Below are positions 10,590 through 23,759 of a DNA stretch of 64,000 nucleotides, one piece after another. Positions within the stretch are counted from its first letter, which is position 1; every line of letters begins with the position of its first letter. The notes beneath the pieces were generated by a model. It did not search any database. It was not told the DNA's origin and worked only from the letters and a program-made list of their open reading frames with translations. This DNA is from Scyliorhinus canicula (lineage: Eukaryota): positions 125,925,256-125,989,255 of the forward strand of contig NC_052149.1 of NCBI RefSeq assembly GCF_902713615.1, written 5' to 3'. The translations under genes were made by a program, and so were the position numbers.

Positions 10590-11530
10590 CATTGAAACAT
10601 AGAAAATAGGTGGAGTGGGCCATTCGGCCCTTCAAGCCTGCACCACCATTCAATATGATCATTGCTGATTATGCAAATTCAGAATTCCACTCCTGCTTTC
10701 TCTCCATACCCCTTGATCCCTTTAGCTGCAAGGGCCACGTCTAGTTCTCTCTTGAATATATCCAACGAACTGAACCCAACAGCTTTCTGTGGTAGAGGAT
10801 TCCACAAGTTCACAACTCTCGGAGAGAAGCAGCTCTTCCTCATATCAGACCTGAATGGCTGCCCCTTATTCTCAGGCTGTGACCCCTTGTTCTGGACGTC
10901 CCGAACATCGGGAACATTCTTCCCACATCCAGCCTGTCCAGTCTCATTAGGATTTATATGTTTCTATGAATTCCCTCTCAGTCTTCTAAACTCCAGTACA
11001 AGCCCAGTCTTTCTTCAGTCCTGCCATCCCGGGAATTAGCCTTCGCTGTACACCCTCAATAGCAAGAATGTCCTTCCTCAAACCAGGAGACCAAAACTGC
11101 ACGCATTACTCAAAGCATGTCCTCACCAAGGTCCTGTATAACTGCAGCAAGGCTTCCCTGCTCCTATACTCAAATAACTTTGCCATGAAGGCCAGCATAC
11201 CATTAGCTTTCCTCACCGCCTGCTGTACCTGCATGCCGACCTTCAGCTACCGTTCCACCATGACATCCAGGTCTCGTTGCATTTCCTCTTTTCCTAAAGT
11301 GCCATCATTCAGAGAGTAATCTGTCTACCTGCTTTTGCCACCGAAGTGCATAATCTCATATTACCCACATTATATTGCATTTGTCAAGTATTTGCCCACT
11401 CAGCCAGCCTGTCTCGGTGACCCTGCAGCCTCTTTGCATTTTCCTCACGGCACACAGTCACCCAGCTTAGTGTTGTCTGCAAATTTAGAGATATTGCATG
11501 CAAATCTTTTGTTAATATCATTAATGTATA
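10590..11530 (-). mobile_element. CR1 LINE 3' fragment
   Basis: Antisense of the CR1 ORF2 C-terminus and 3' UTR; similar to 33200-33900. Confidence 0.7.
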
Positions 11531-11532
11531 TT

Positions 11533-12476
11533 GACCTGTTACCCCTAACCTCACTGACCTGTTACCCCAGACCTCACTGACCTGTTACCCCTAACCTCAC
11601 TGACCTGTTTCCCGGGTGCCTGTGACCTGTTACCCCAGACCTCACTGACCTGTTACCCCTAACCTCACTGACCTGTTTCCCGGGTGCCTGTGACCTGTTA
11701 CCCCAGACCTCACTGACCTGTTACCCCTAACCTCACTGACCTGTTACCCCTAACCTCACTGACCTGTTACCCCTAACCTCACTGACCTGTTACCCCTAAC
11801 CTCACTGACCTGTTACCCCTAACCTCACTGACCTGTTACCCCAGACCTCACTGACCTGTTACCCCAGACCTCACTGACTTGTTACCCCAGACCTCACTGA
11901 CCTGTTACCCCGAACCTCACTGACCTGTTTCCCGGGTGCCTGTGACCTGTTACCCCCTAACCTCACTGACCTGTTACCCCTAACCTCACTGACCTGTTAC
12001 CCCAGACCTCACTGACCTGTTACCCCAGACCTCACTGACTTGTTACCCCTAACCTCACTGACCTGTTTCCCGGGTGCCTGTGACCTGTTACCCCAGACCT
12101 CACTGACCTGTTACCCCTAACCTCACTGACCTGTTACCCCTAACCTCACTGACCTGTTACCCCTAACCTCACTGACCTGTTACCCCTAACCTCACTGACC
12201 TGTTTCCCGGGTGCCTGTGACCTGTTACCCCTAACCTCACTGACCTGTTACCCCTAACCTCACTGACCTGTTACCCCGAACCTCACTGACCTGTTTCCCG
12301 GGTGCCTGTGACCTGTTACCCCAGACCTCACTGACCTGTTACCCCTAAGCTCACTGACCTGTTACCCCAGACCTCACTGACCTGTTACCCCTAACCTCAC
12401 TGACCTGTTACCCCTAACCTCACTGACCTGTTACCCCTAACCTCACTGACCTGTTACCCCTAACCTCACTGACCTG
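11533..12476. repeat. 23-bp tandem array (~40 units), upstream of cluster 1
   Basis: Unit GACCTGTTACCCCTAACCTCACT with variants and an interspersed TTTCCCGGGTGCCTGT variant; inverted homologue at 44345-44892. Confidence 0.9.
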
Positions 12477-13358
12477 GGGCGGAATTATCCGACCCCCCAC
12501 AGGGTCAGGGAATTGCCTGGGGCCGGTGTAAATCCCACCCCCGCCGTGGCCGGAATTCTCTGCCACCCGGGAATCGACAGGGGCGGGAATCACGCCCTGC
12601 CGGTCGGCGGGCCCCCTGCTGCGATTCTTCGGCCCGGGGTGGGCTGAAGTCCCGCCGCTGTCAGGCCTCTCCCGCCGACGTGGTTTAAACCACCTCTGTT
12701 CCGGCGGGATTGGTGGCACGGGCGGGCCCCTGGGGTCTTGTCCAAGTCTGGAGAGTTTGCTAATTTCCTGTCACTTGTACAATTGAAAGGAATATTTTTA
12801 TCAATTTTTATAAATGCAACATTTTTGTAGTTTGAGTGGGCAGATGTTGTGCATTTTTGCAGTGTGTTTTTACTTTCTGGAGACTTTGTATACTGACATG
12901 CATGCTGAAAATGCTTGAGATTAAACTGGGGTCCGGGGGGGCAATCGGACCTCGGGTGTGCCCCCACGGTGGCCTGGCCCGTGATCGGGGCCCACCGATC
13001 GGTGGGCGGGCCTGGGCCGTGGGGGCACTCTTTTTCTTCCGCCACCGCCACGGCCTCCACCATGGAGGAGGCGGAAGAGACACCCTCCACCGCGCATGCG
13101 CCAGTGGTGACGTCAGCGGCCACTGATGCTCCGGCGCATGCGCGGACTCATGCCGACCGGCGAAGGCCTTTCGGCCAGCCCCGATGCCGGGCGGCGTGGC
13201 GCCAAAGGCAGTCAGCGGAGCGGGAGCCACTCTGGCGCGGGCGGAGAATTCCGCACCTTTGGGGAGGCCCGACGCCGGAGTGGTTGGCGCCACTCCGCTA
13301 CGCCGGGACCCCCCCCCCCCCCCCCCCCCGCCCTGCCGGGTAGGGGAGAATTCCGCCC
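12477..13358. mobile_element. GC-rich Harbinger-like MITE inserted into the 23-bp array
   Basis: TIR GGGCGGAATTATCC / GGAGAATTCCGCCC (13/14); flanks CTG/ATG (imperfect 3-bp TSD); array sequence resumes at 13359. Confidence 0.75.
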
Positions 13359-14704
13359 ATGTTTCCCGGGTGCCTGTGACCTATTACCCCAGACCTCACT
13401 GAACTGTAACCCCTTACCTCACTGACCCACAATCTCTGTCCTCCAATTACCTTCATGGAAGCGTCATTCCTCCCTACCCTTGTGTTCTGCTGCAGACTCA
13501 CATTGTCTCCCTCACCCCTCCATCTTCTGACTCTGGTCTCCTGCCCATCGCTGTTTGCTTCATCCCACCATTGGCAGCAGAGCTTTCAGATGCCTAGGGC
13601 CTGCTCTCTGAACTCTGACCTTTAATCTCTCCCCCTCTCCTGGCTTCTCTTTTCTCCATCAAACTCCATCTGTTCACGTCAGCCTTTTATCAATCTTCCT
13701 AAGGTCCCCCCAACCCCTTCCCCGCTACTCTTACTGCCTCTCTGTGAAATATCCTGGGATGTTTTTACACATTAAGGCGCTAGATAAATTCAGGTTGCGA
13801 GTAGATTCCGGGTGAGGACAAAAGTGGACAAAATGGTGATGGATCTTGCAGTCAAATATCCTGCTGAGAGGGTCCAGAATGCCACACACAAAATAGGGAA
13901 GTAGGGTGGAGTTTTAAAAATGTTTCCATTTCTGGGACTTGGGGGTCACGATCCAGAACAGCTTTCATTGCCCATCCCTAATTCTCCTTGGAAAGGTGGT
14001 TGAACCGCTGCAGGCCCTTTGGTGTAGGAACATCCACTGTGCAGTTAGGGAGGGAGTTCCAGGACTTTGACCCAGTGACAGTGAAGGAACGGCGATATAT
14101 TTCCAAGTCAGAATGGTGAGTAACTTGGAGGGAAACTTACAGATGATGATGCTCCACTTATCTGCTGCCCTTGTCTCTCTAGATGTCTCTCTTTGATGTA
14201 CCATCAATCGGACTCGAGTCGTGAAGAAGTTCCAAATATCAGGCTTTAATGAACTAGTTGTGTGCCCGGCAGTCGACTTACAGAGAAAGGCCGACTGTCG
14301 GCTGTTACGGGTTCTTATACCCCGCCTCGTAGGAGGGGCTACCAGCCTCTCGGCCAATCGGCGAGCAGTCACATGACTAGCCTCAGCCACTTGGCAGAGA
14401 GGCACATGACCTGCCTGAGCCAATGGGCAGCGAGTCCTCTGCACCAATGGCAGCACTGCTCTGAGGTAGCATAAACCTCCTAGTCATACCACCACATTCA
14501 CCCCTTGTGGAGAAAGAAGCCGGAGGGGGGGAGAGAGGAGGAGCAAGAAAAGCGGGGGTGGGGGGGGGGTGGGGGGGGTGCGGTTGTGGGGGGGGGGTGG
14601 GGGCGTCGGACTGGTGGTCTGACTAGAGAGAATGAGGTGTACCGGGATATCTGGTGGCTGCCCACTGGCCCGCGACAATGTGCAACAGAACAGCAATACA
14701 CAAT

Positions 14705-17251
14705 TCACTTCTGAACAACGAGGGATAAGCAAAACAAAAAAGAAAGCGAGAAAGAAAGAAAAAAGACGTGCAACTTTGTACGTGGGAACACTGAACAACA
14801 CGAAGAGTCCGATAAAGTCCAGTGGAACGTCAGATCGACTCGATCAGTCTGACGGGCGCCCTCGATGTTCTGCTGGACCGTCGCAGCGGTGCCGGTGACG
14901 TCGGGTCGGTGGTCGTGCGTGACTCCGGGAGCGGCGGTCGTGGTCCTGTGTTCGTACCCCTGGTCGGTGCGAATGGAGCTCTGGCCGGGGGAGGGGTTCC
15001 TGTGCGCTGAGTTGCGGGGGCGCTGGGGGCGCCGGGGCGGTTGAGACTGGAGGGGGGGTGTTGGTGCTGGGGGTTGTGGCCGCACACCGGCGGGTGCCAG
15101 GTCCCGAAGGGAGACCGTGTCCTGCCGACCGTCGGGATACTCCACATACGCGTACTGCGGGTTGGCGTGGAGTAACTGGACTTGTTCCACCAACGGGTCG
15201 GACTTGTGCACCCGCACATGCTTCCGGAGCAAGATGGGCCCGAGGGTGGCCAGCCAGGTCGGGAGCGGGGATCCTGAGGACGACTTCCTAGGGAAAACAA
15301 GAAGACGTTCATGAGGTGTTTGGTTCGTGGCAGTGCAGAGGACAGACCGAATCGAGTGGAGGGCGTCTGGGAGAACCTCTTGCCAGTGGGAGATCGGGAG
15401 ATGTCTGGACCGTAGGGCCAGTAGGACGGTCTTCCAGACCGTACCATTCTCCCGCTCGACCTGACCGTTACCCCGGGGGTTATAACTGGTCGTCCTGCTA
15501 GAGGCGATGCCCCTGCTAAGCAGGAATTGACGCAGTTCGTTGCTCATAAAGGAGGACCCCCGGTCGCTGTGGATGTACGCGGGGTAACCGAACAGGGAGA
15601 AGATGGAGAGGAGGGCCTTGATGACGGTTGTCGTGGTCATGTCGGGGCAGGGGATGGCAAAAGGGAAGCGGGAGTACTCGTCAATCACACTTAGAAAGTA
15701 GATGTTGCGGTTGTTGGATGGGAGGGGACCCTTGAAGTCCATACTAAGACGTTCGAAAGGGCGGGACGCCTTTACCAGATGCGCTTGCTCGGGGCAGTAA
15801 AAGTGCGGCTTGCACTCTGCGCAAATGTGGCAGTCCCTGGTCACGGTCCTGACCTCCTCAATGGAGTAGGGCAGGTTGCGGGTCTTAATGAAGTGGTAGA
15901 AGCGGGTTACCCCTGGGTGGCAGAGGTCCGCGTGGAGGGTGCGGAGGCGGTCAATCTGCGCGCTGGCACAGGTACCGCGGGATAGGGCATCAGGAGGTTC
16001 GTTGAGCTTCCCAGGACGATACAAGATATCGTAGTTGTACGTGGACAACTCGATCCGCCACCGCAATATCTTGTCGTTCTTGATCGTGCCCCTCTGTGCA
16101 TTGTCGAACATAAAGGCCACTGACCGTTGGTCTGTGAGGAGGGTAAACCTCCTGCCGGCCAGATAGTGCCTCCAATGTCGCACAGCTTCAACTATGGCCT
16201 GTGCCTCCTTTTCCACCGAGGAATGGCGGAGTTCGGAAGCGTGGAGGGTCCGGGAGAAGAAGGCCAAGGGTCTGCCCGCTTGGTTCAGGGTGGCCGCCAG
16301 AGCTACATCAGACGCGTCGCTCTCGACCTGGAATGGGAGGGACTCGTCGATAGCACGCATCGTGGCCTTTGCGATATCCGCTTTGATGCGGCTAAAGGCC
16401 TGGCGGGCCTCCATCGACAGGGGAAACGTGTTGGATTGGATGAGGGGGCGGGCTTTGTCGGCGTAGTTGGGGACCCACTGGGCGTAATATGAGAAGAACC
16501 CCAGGCAGCGTTTGAGGGCTTGGCGGGAGTTGGGGAGGGGAAGTTCCATCAGGGGGCGCATGCGTTCGGGGTCGGGGCCTATCACTCCGTTACGCACTAC
16601 GTAGCCGAGGATGGCTAGACGGTCAGTGCGAAACACGCACTTATCTTTATTATATGTGAGGTTAAGGAGTTTTGAGGTTCGGAGGAATTTACGGAGGTTG
16701 GTGTCATGGTCCTGCTGGTCGTGGCCACAGAGGGTGACATTATTGGGATACGGGAAGGTTGCCCGTAAACCGTATTGGTCCACCATTCGGTCCATCTCCC
16801 GTTGGAAGACCGAGACCCCATTTGTGACACCGAATGGAATCCTTAGAAAGTGGTAGAGGCGCCCATCCGCTTCGAACGCAGTGTACTTTCTGTCACTCGC
16901 GCGGATGGAGAGCTGGTGATAGGCGGACTTAAGGTCCACCGTGGAGAAGACTTTGTACTTCGCAATCCTGTTAACCAGATCGGAGATACGGGTGAGAGGA
17001 TACGCGTCCAGCTGCGTAAACCTGTTGATGGTCTGACTGTAGTCAATGACCATCCAGTTTTTCTCCCCAGTCCTAACCAGCAGCACTTGGGCTCGCCAGG
17101 GACTGTTGCTGGCCTCAATGACTCCTTCCTTCAGCAGCCTTTGGACCTCGGACCTGATGAAGGTCCGGTCCTGGGCACTGTATCGTCTGCTCCTAGTGGC
17201 GACGGGCTTGGAATCCGGGGTGAGGTTCGTAAACAAGTAAGGGGGGTCCAC
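14705..17251 (-). pseudogene. Gypsy pol (RT-RNaseH-integrase), RT active site mutated
   Basis: IDYS..INR, DLKSAYHQ, PFG, YPNN at the YxDD position; ESDAS/EKEA/TDQ RNase H; H-H-C-C, DFKGP, SDRG, VEREN integrase. Confidence 0.9.
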
Positions 17252-17460
17252 CTTGAGGGACGCGAGGCTGCAGACAGTAAGGGGGGGAATAGGGCTGCCG
17301 AATTTGAAGGTTAAGCTCTGCAGGTTGCACTGGAAATCCAGTCCTAAAGGTGCCGGTGCGCAGAGACGGGGAAGGACGAGGAGTTTGTAATTTTAAAAAC
17401 CCTCCCCTGGACCGTGAGGTCCGCTACGCAGCAACCGGTGATTTGGACGGAGTGCGAACC

Positions 17461-18702
17461 TCAAGCCAGGGCGATTTTGTGCTTAACCGGGTGAACGTGG
17501 AGCGCGCAGCGTCTTACCGTATCGGGGTGGACAAAACTCTCTGTGCTCCCGGAGTCTAGTAGGCAGCTCGTTTCGTGTCCATTGAGGAAAATTTGCGTAG
17601 TCGCCGTGGAGAGCGTGCGGGGCCGCGATTGGTCCAGTGTCACTGCAGCGAGTCGTGGCAGGAGTTCTGAGTCGTCTTCTCCCGTGGAGTGTTCACCGGT
17701 GGGGTCCTCCATGCTGACCCAAGATGGCGGCGCCCGTCGACTGCACGTGGAGTCGGGGCCCCAGGATGGAGGCACCCGGGGCCCGCACGTGGCGTCAGTG
17801 CCCCAAAATGGTGGCGTCCGTGGGTCATTCGTGGTGGCTGGGAGCGGGGGCAGAGAGGTCTGTGGGCCGCCCGGGGCCTTGGCGGGGGGGGGGGGGGAGT
17901 TATCTGCGGTCGCTGCGCGGAACAGCAGCGACCGACTTGGACTGGCAGACAACAGAGAAGTGGCCCTTTTTACCGCAGCTCTTGCAGACTGCGCAGCGGG
18001 CCGGATAGCGCGGGCGGGGGTGCTTGGCCTGGCCACAGAAATAACAGCGGGGCCCCGTGAACTTATCGGGGCACCCTGCAGCGCAGGCCTGGGGGGGGGG
18101 GGTCGGAATCGGCAGGGGAGAGGGGGTTTGCATGCCACGTTGCCCAAGGGGCTGCCGCGCGGCCGGGGGCACATGCGAGGGCGTTTTCGGTCGGCAACCT
18201 CCAGAGAGGATGCGAGGGTCCGTGCCTCAGTGAGGCTTAAAGTGTCCTTTTCCAGCAGCCGCTGGTGTATTTGAGAAGATTGCATGTCTGCGACGAAGGC
18301 ATCCCGGATTAGCAGTTCAGTGTGTTCTGCCGCAGTAACTTGCGGGCAGACGCAGTTTCTCCCCAGGACAATGAGGGCCCGATAGAATTCATCAAGGGAC
18401 TCACCGGGGAACTGTTGCCTTGTAGCCAGGAGGTGCCGCGCATAGACTTGATTTACAGGCCTGAGAAAATGTCCTTTCAGGAGATCCATGGCTGCGTCAT
18501 AGTCCTGTTCGTCCTCAATCATCGAGTGAACGGCGGTGCCCAAGCACGAGTGGAGGATGTGGAATTTCTGCTCCTTTGTGGGTTGGCTGTCCGTAGTGGT
18601 GAGGTAACTGTTGAAGCACGCCAGCCAATGTTTAAAAGTTGCTGACACGTTTGTAGCATGTGGGCTGATGCGGAGGCAGTCTGGCTTGATCCGAAGCTCC
18701 AT
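17461..18702 (-). pseudogene. Gypsy gag-protease, frameshifted
   Basis: MELRIKPD...FKHWL gag start and LLDSGS protease in one frame, while the zinc knuckles (CYFCGQAKH..., CKSCGKKGHFSVVC) are in another frame (17900-18172). Confidence 0.8.
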
Positions 18703-19028
18703 TTCAAATTTCTAGTTCATTAAATTGATGTGCCATCAATCGGACTCGAGTCGTGAAGAAGTTCCAAATATCAGGCTTTAATTAACTAGTTGTGTGCCCG
18801 GCAGTCGACTTACAGAGAAAGGCCGACTGCTGGCTGTTACGGGTTCTTATACCCCGCCTCGTAGGAGGGGCTACCGGCCTCTCGGCCAATCGGCGAGCAG
18901 TCACATGACTAGCCTCAGCCAATTGGCAGAGAGGTACATGACCTGCCTGAGCCAATGGGCAGCGAGACCTCTGCACCAATGGCAGCACTGCTCTGAGGTA
19001 CCGTAAACCTCCTAGTCATACCACCACA

Positions 19029-22000
19029 GATGGTAGAGGTCATGAGTTTGGAAGGTGTTGCCTGAGTAAACTTGGTGAGTTTCTGCAGGGCATCTTGTAG
19101 ATGGTACACACAGCAGCTACTGTGCGTCGGTGGTGGAGGGAGTGATTGTTTTATGGAAGGGCTGTTAATCAAGCGGCTACTTTGTCCTGGATGGTGTCGA
19201 GCTTCTTGAGTGTTGTTAGAGCTGCACGCACCCAGGCAAGTAGAGAGTATCACACTCCTGACTTGTGCCTTTTGGTATCTCTCACCTCACCTCTGGCATT
19301 CAGCTCTTTTGTCCATGTTTGAACCAAGGCTGTTGTAAATGTCCTTCCTGTTTATTCCTTTACTTCCCATTTCTTTTATTTTTGCTATTACATCTTTAAT
19401 CCATAGATAACTTATGGACCTGTCTCTTTAAGGAAAGTGGCCTGTGCCTTTAATTTGAACAGAAGAATCCAGAAAAGACTGCTGATTGCAGATTGGCCAG
19501 TGTCAGTGATGACTCGATTTGAACGATTTGGCTGGTGGCCAATAAATGACCCCAAAAGGCCGTGTTCTGCCCGGTAACAGGTTGTGCTTGGATCTGTTCC
19601 CACTGAAATGGCTCAGAGACCTAATGTGGTTTCAGTTTCGCGATGGAAGGTGAGAGATAAAACTTATCTTTTTTGCACTTTGTTCCAGAAATAACCACCA
19701 AATTCTCACCAAATGCCCACTTTGGGAATCAGCTCTCGCTGCAGAAAAGGCTGATGTGAAGCCAGGCGCCTGGGCTGGAAAAGCTGTGAGTAAGGTCTAC
19801 TGCTGAACGGCAAAGAAGATAATTGCGAGCTGTAGTTCAGCAACGTTAATCCACACTCATACTGTGAAGAAAGTACATTAAAGAACTCATCATCTGAAGC
19901 AAGGACTCTTATCTTTTGATCTGAAGGCTTATTATTGTAACTCCTTTCCACCCCTCTGTGCTTGTTTGTCTAGTGTGTGTGGGTGGAGGGTGGGACGGTT
20001 AAAGGAGGAGTCCGGTGCTAACATGTCATTAAGCAACTGTGTTTACTGCATATTTCATATTTGTCCTTGTTATAAATAAAAAGTAATTGTGAATAAACTT
20101 ACAAACCTGGTGACTGTAATTATCAGATAGCCAAAGGCCAAATGTTTTGGGTATCTTTATGAGAATTATTGGTTAATTCACTTGTGTTGTGACTCTGGGC
20201 ATGTGGGGCTGGAATTGACCGTGCACTTGCCCAGTGTAACGAGGTCAGGAGCTGAATGACCCTGGCACAACCCAAACTGGGCGTCTGTGAGCAGGTTATT
20301 GTGAAGTAAGTACCACTTGATAGCACTGTTGATGACCCCTTCCATCAATTGACTGATGATTGAGAGTAGACTGATGGGGAGGTAATTGTCCTATTTCTTG
20401 TGGGCTGGATATGCCTGGGCAAGTTTCCACATTGCTGTACTGGAACAGCTTGGCTAGGGGTGCGGCAAGTTCTTGAGCACAAGTCGTCAGTACTATTGCT
20501 GGAATATTTACAGGGCACACAGCCTGTGCAGTATCCAGGGCCTTCAGCCATTTCTTGATATCACGTGGAGTGAATCGAATTGGGTGAAGATTGATATCTG
20601 TGATGCTGCAGACCTCTGGAGGAGACCGAGACGGATCATCCACTCGGCCCTTCTGGCTGAACATTATTGCGAATGTTTGATCCTTGTTTTTTGCACAGAT
20701 GTGCTGAGTTCCCACATCATTAAGGGTGGAGATATTTTGGAACCTCCTCCTCCAGCGGGATGTTTAATTATCCACCACCATTAACAACTGGATGTGGCAG
20801 GACTGTAGAGCTTAAATATGATCCATTGGTTGTGGGATCGCTTAGCTCTGTCTGTCACTTGCTGCGTGTGCTGTTTGGTAGCTTCCCCAGGTTGACACCC
20901 CATTTTTCGGTCTGCCTGGTGCTGCTCCTTGTGTCCTCCTGCACTCTTCATTGAACCAGGGTTGACCCCCTGGGTTGGTGATAATGGTAGAGTGAGGAAT
21001 ATGTTGGGCCTTGAGGTAACAGACTGTGGTTGAATACAATTCTGTTGCTGCTGATGGCCCACAGCATCTCACGGGTGCCCAATCTTGAGTTGCTTGATCC
21101 CTTTGAAGTCTATCCCATTTTGCATGGCAGTAGTGCCACACATGATGCAGGGTTCCTCAATGTGAAGATGGGACTTTATCCCTGCGTGTGGTGGTCACTC
21201 CTACCAATACTGTCATGGACAGATGCATCCGTAGCAGGCAGGTTGGTGAGGATGAGGTCAAGTATGTTTGTCCCTCTTGTTGGTTCCCTCACCACCTGCT
21301 GCAGTCCCAGTCAAGCAGCTATGTCCTTTATGACTCTGGCCAGCTCGGTCTGTGGTGGTACTACTGAGCCACTCTTGGTGATGGACATTGAACGTCCCAC
21401 CCAGAAAACAATTGCCCCATTTCCTCAGTGCTACTTCCAATTAGTGTTCAACATGGTGGAGTTCTGATTCATAAACTGCAGTTGATGGTAACCAGCAGGA
21501 GGTTTCCTTGTCCATGTTTGACCTGGTACCATGAAGCTACATGGAGTCTGGATTCAATGTTGAGGAATCTCAGGGCAATTCCCGACAGTATTACCACTGT
21601 GTCACCACCTCTGCTGGGTCTGTCCTGCCGGTGAGACAGGACATACCCAGGGATGGTGATGGTGGTGTCTGGGACATTATCTGTAAGGTATGATTCTGTG
21701 GGTGTGACTATGTCAGGCTGTTGCTGACTAGTCTGTGGGACAGCTCTCCCAATTCTAACACAAGCCCCCAGATATCAGGAAGGAGGACTTTGCAGGGTCG
21801 ACAGGGCTGGGTTTGCCGTTGTTGTTTCCGGGGTCTATGTCGATGCCGGGAGGTCTGTTCGGTTTCATTCCTTTTAGAATTTTCAGCAGTTTGATACAAC
21901 TGAGTGGCTATTTCAGAGTCAACCACATTGCTGTGGGTCTGGAGTCACATGTAGGCCAGACCAGGTAAGGACGGCAGATTCCCTTCTCTAAAGGACATTA

Positions 22001-22060
22001 GTGAACCAGATGGGTACGTGCGACAATCGACAATGTTTCATGGTCACCATTACTGAGACG
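19029..22060 (-). mobile_element. Decayed CR1/L2-clade LINE (3' end at ~13940-14193, split by the Gypsy)
   Basis: FSQKGRVDDPSR..., LAAPLAKLFQYS fragments; mirror copy at 40535-43880. Confidence 0.7.
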
Positions 22061-22563
22061 AGCTTTTAATTCCAGATTTATTCATTGAATTTAAATTCCA
22101 CCAGCTGCCATGGTGGGATTTGAACCTGTGACCAGAGCATTAGCCTGGGCCTCTGGATTACTAGTCCAGTGACATTACCACTACACCACGGCCTCCCCCA
22201 CATTGTGCTGTGGGGCTCCATGGAACTGTATCCCAGCATGAAGTGTCCCTCAGGAGGGGAGAGGGAATGTTCGGAGCCCTGAGCTCCATTTCCCAGCCCA
22301 GGCATTTTGTCTTCCAACGAATGAATGAGATGCCAATTTGGAGCCAGGTTAGGGACAGTCTCGTGCTGTGGACCCAGGCCTACAAGAGGCAATTGGAGAT
22401 ATCCCTGAAAGGGAAAGATTGGCTGGGTTATGGGGATAGAGAGGGGGAGTGGGACTAATTGGGTAAGTCACAGCATGATGGGCAGAATGGCCTCCTTCTG
22501 TGCTGGAAGATTCGAGGTAGTGGACATGGTTCACAGTTTTCTCCCGTGTCAGTAACAAACATC

Positions 22564-22593
22564 CAGCTGCTCTGAGCCCCTTCTTTCACTTCC
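22564..22593 (-). promoter_or_regulatory. Candidate enhancer core: EICE (GGAAGTGAAA) plus E-box CAGCTG, left arm
   Basis: TTTCACTTCC at 22584-22593 and CAGCTG at 22564-22569, inside a ~98% identical inverted block. Confidence 0.45.
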
Positions 22594-23759
22594 TCTGTTG
22601 GTTACGTTTCAATATTCCGATCTGACAGTTTTGCTGTTATTTTTTACACTGGGGGTTTCTGCTGTGGTCTGAATCTCTAACAATAACTGTCCAATCAGTG
22701 ACAAGAACAGCAGCTAAGAGCAGTCAGGACTGAGGAGCCAGGCTCACTGGGAAACACATTGGGAAGATCAAAGCCATCGTCATCAGCTCCCGATACAAAC
22801 TCCATCCCTCTCCCTGAGCTCTGTCTGCTGCTCAACCAGACTCTTTACAACATTGGCCTCATCTCTCTGTTCCTCCACAATTCCCAGCTTCCCACCATTT
22901 AGAAATGACTCTGATTTCTCTTTCTTTGGTCCAAAGTGGATGATTTCACAGCCCCACATTGATCTCCATCTGCCATTGTCTTCAGTCCCCATCACAATCT
23001 CTGTTCCCCAGACACTGATTCCATTCCTCTCCCTGGGCCTGTCTGACTCTGAACCACACAGTTCACAGCCATGGTGTCCTATTTGACCCTGAGATGACCT
23101 TCCCACCACATTATCCGCTCCATCACTAAGACGGCCTATTTCTCCCTCGGTAACATCGCCCGAGTCCGTCCTGCCTCACATCATCTGCTGCTGAGAATCT
23201 CCTCCATGTCTTTGTTCCCTCTAAACGTGACTATTCCAATGCTGTCCTGGCCGGCCTCACACCTACCACCCTCCGTAAACATCAGCTGATCCAAAACTCT
23301 GCTGCCTGGATCTGAACTCACACCAAATCCCGTTCACCCATCACCCCCTCTGCTCACTGACCTACACTGACTCCCGGTCCAGCAATGCCTCGATTTTAAA
23401 TTCTCATCCTTGTTCTCAAACCCCTCCCTGTCCTCCACCCTCCCTATCTCTGTAACCTCCTCCAAGCTGCCTAACTTAGTGTGGTCAGTAACTTGGATAT
23501 ATGTCTCTCTATTCCTTTATCCAAGTCATTGAGAAATACAGTGAAAAGCTGAGGCTCCAGCTCAGATCCCTGGGGACATCACTATTCACATCTTGCTGAT
23601 TGGAGTACACACACATTATCCCCACTCCCTGTCTCCTACCTCCTAACTAATTCCTTATCCATGGAAAATGATTTCCTCAAATTCCATATGCTTCCAATTT
23701 TATTAACAGTCTCTCATGTGGAACCTTCTCGATTGTCTTCTGGCAATCCATACCAAAGA

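Larger units (their letters stand above)
14194..19028 (-). mobile_element. Full-length Ty3/Gypsy LTR retrotransposon inserted in a LINE
   Basis: Two 303-bp LTRs (14194-14496, 18726-19028; 10 differences), PPT AAGGGGTGAA at 14497-14506, gag-PR-RT-RH-IN order. Confidence 0.95.

Noticed and set aside
11533-12476. Interstitial telomere (CCCTAA in the unit)
   Set aside because: One hexamer per 23-bp unit, not tandem TTAGGG, and absent from most units of the homologous array.
22130-22200. tRNA gene (A/B-box-like sequence; also SINE heads elsewhere)
   Set aside because: These are tRNA-derived SINE heads continuing into SINE body sequence, without a full cloverleaf.
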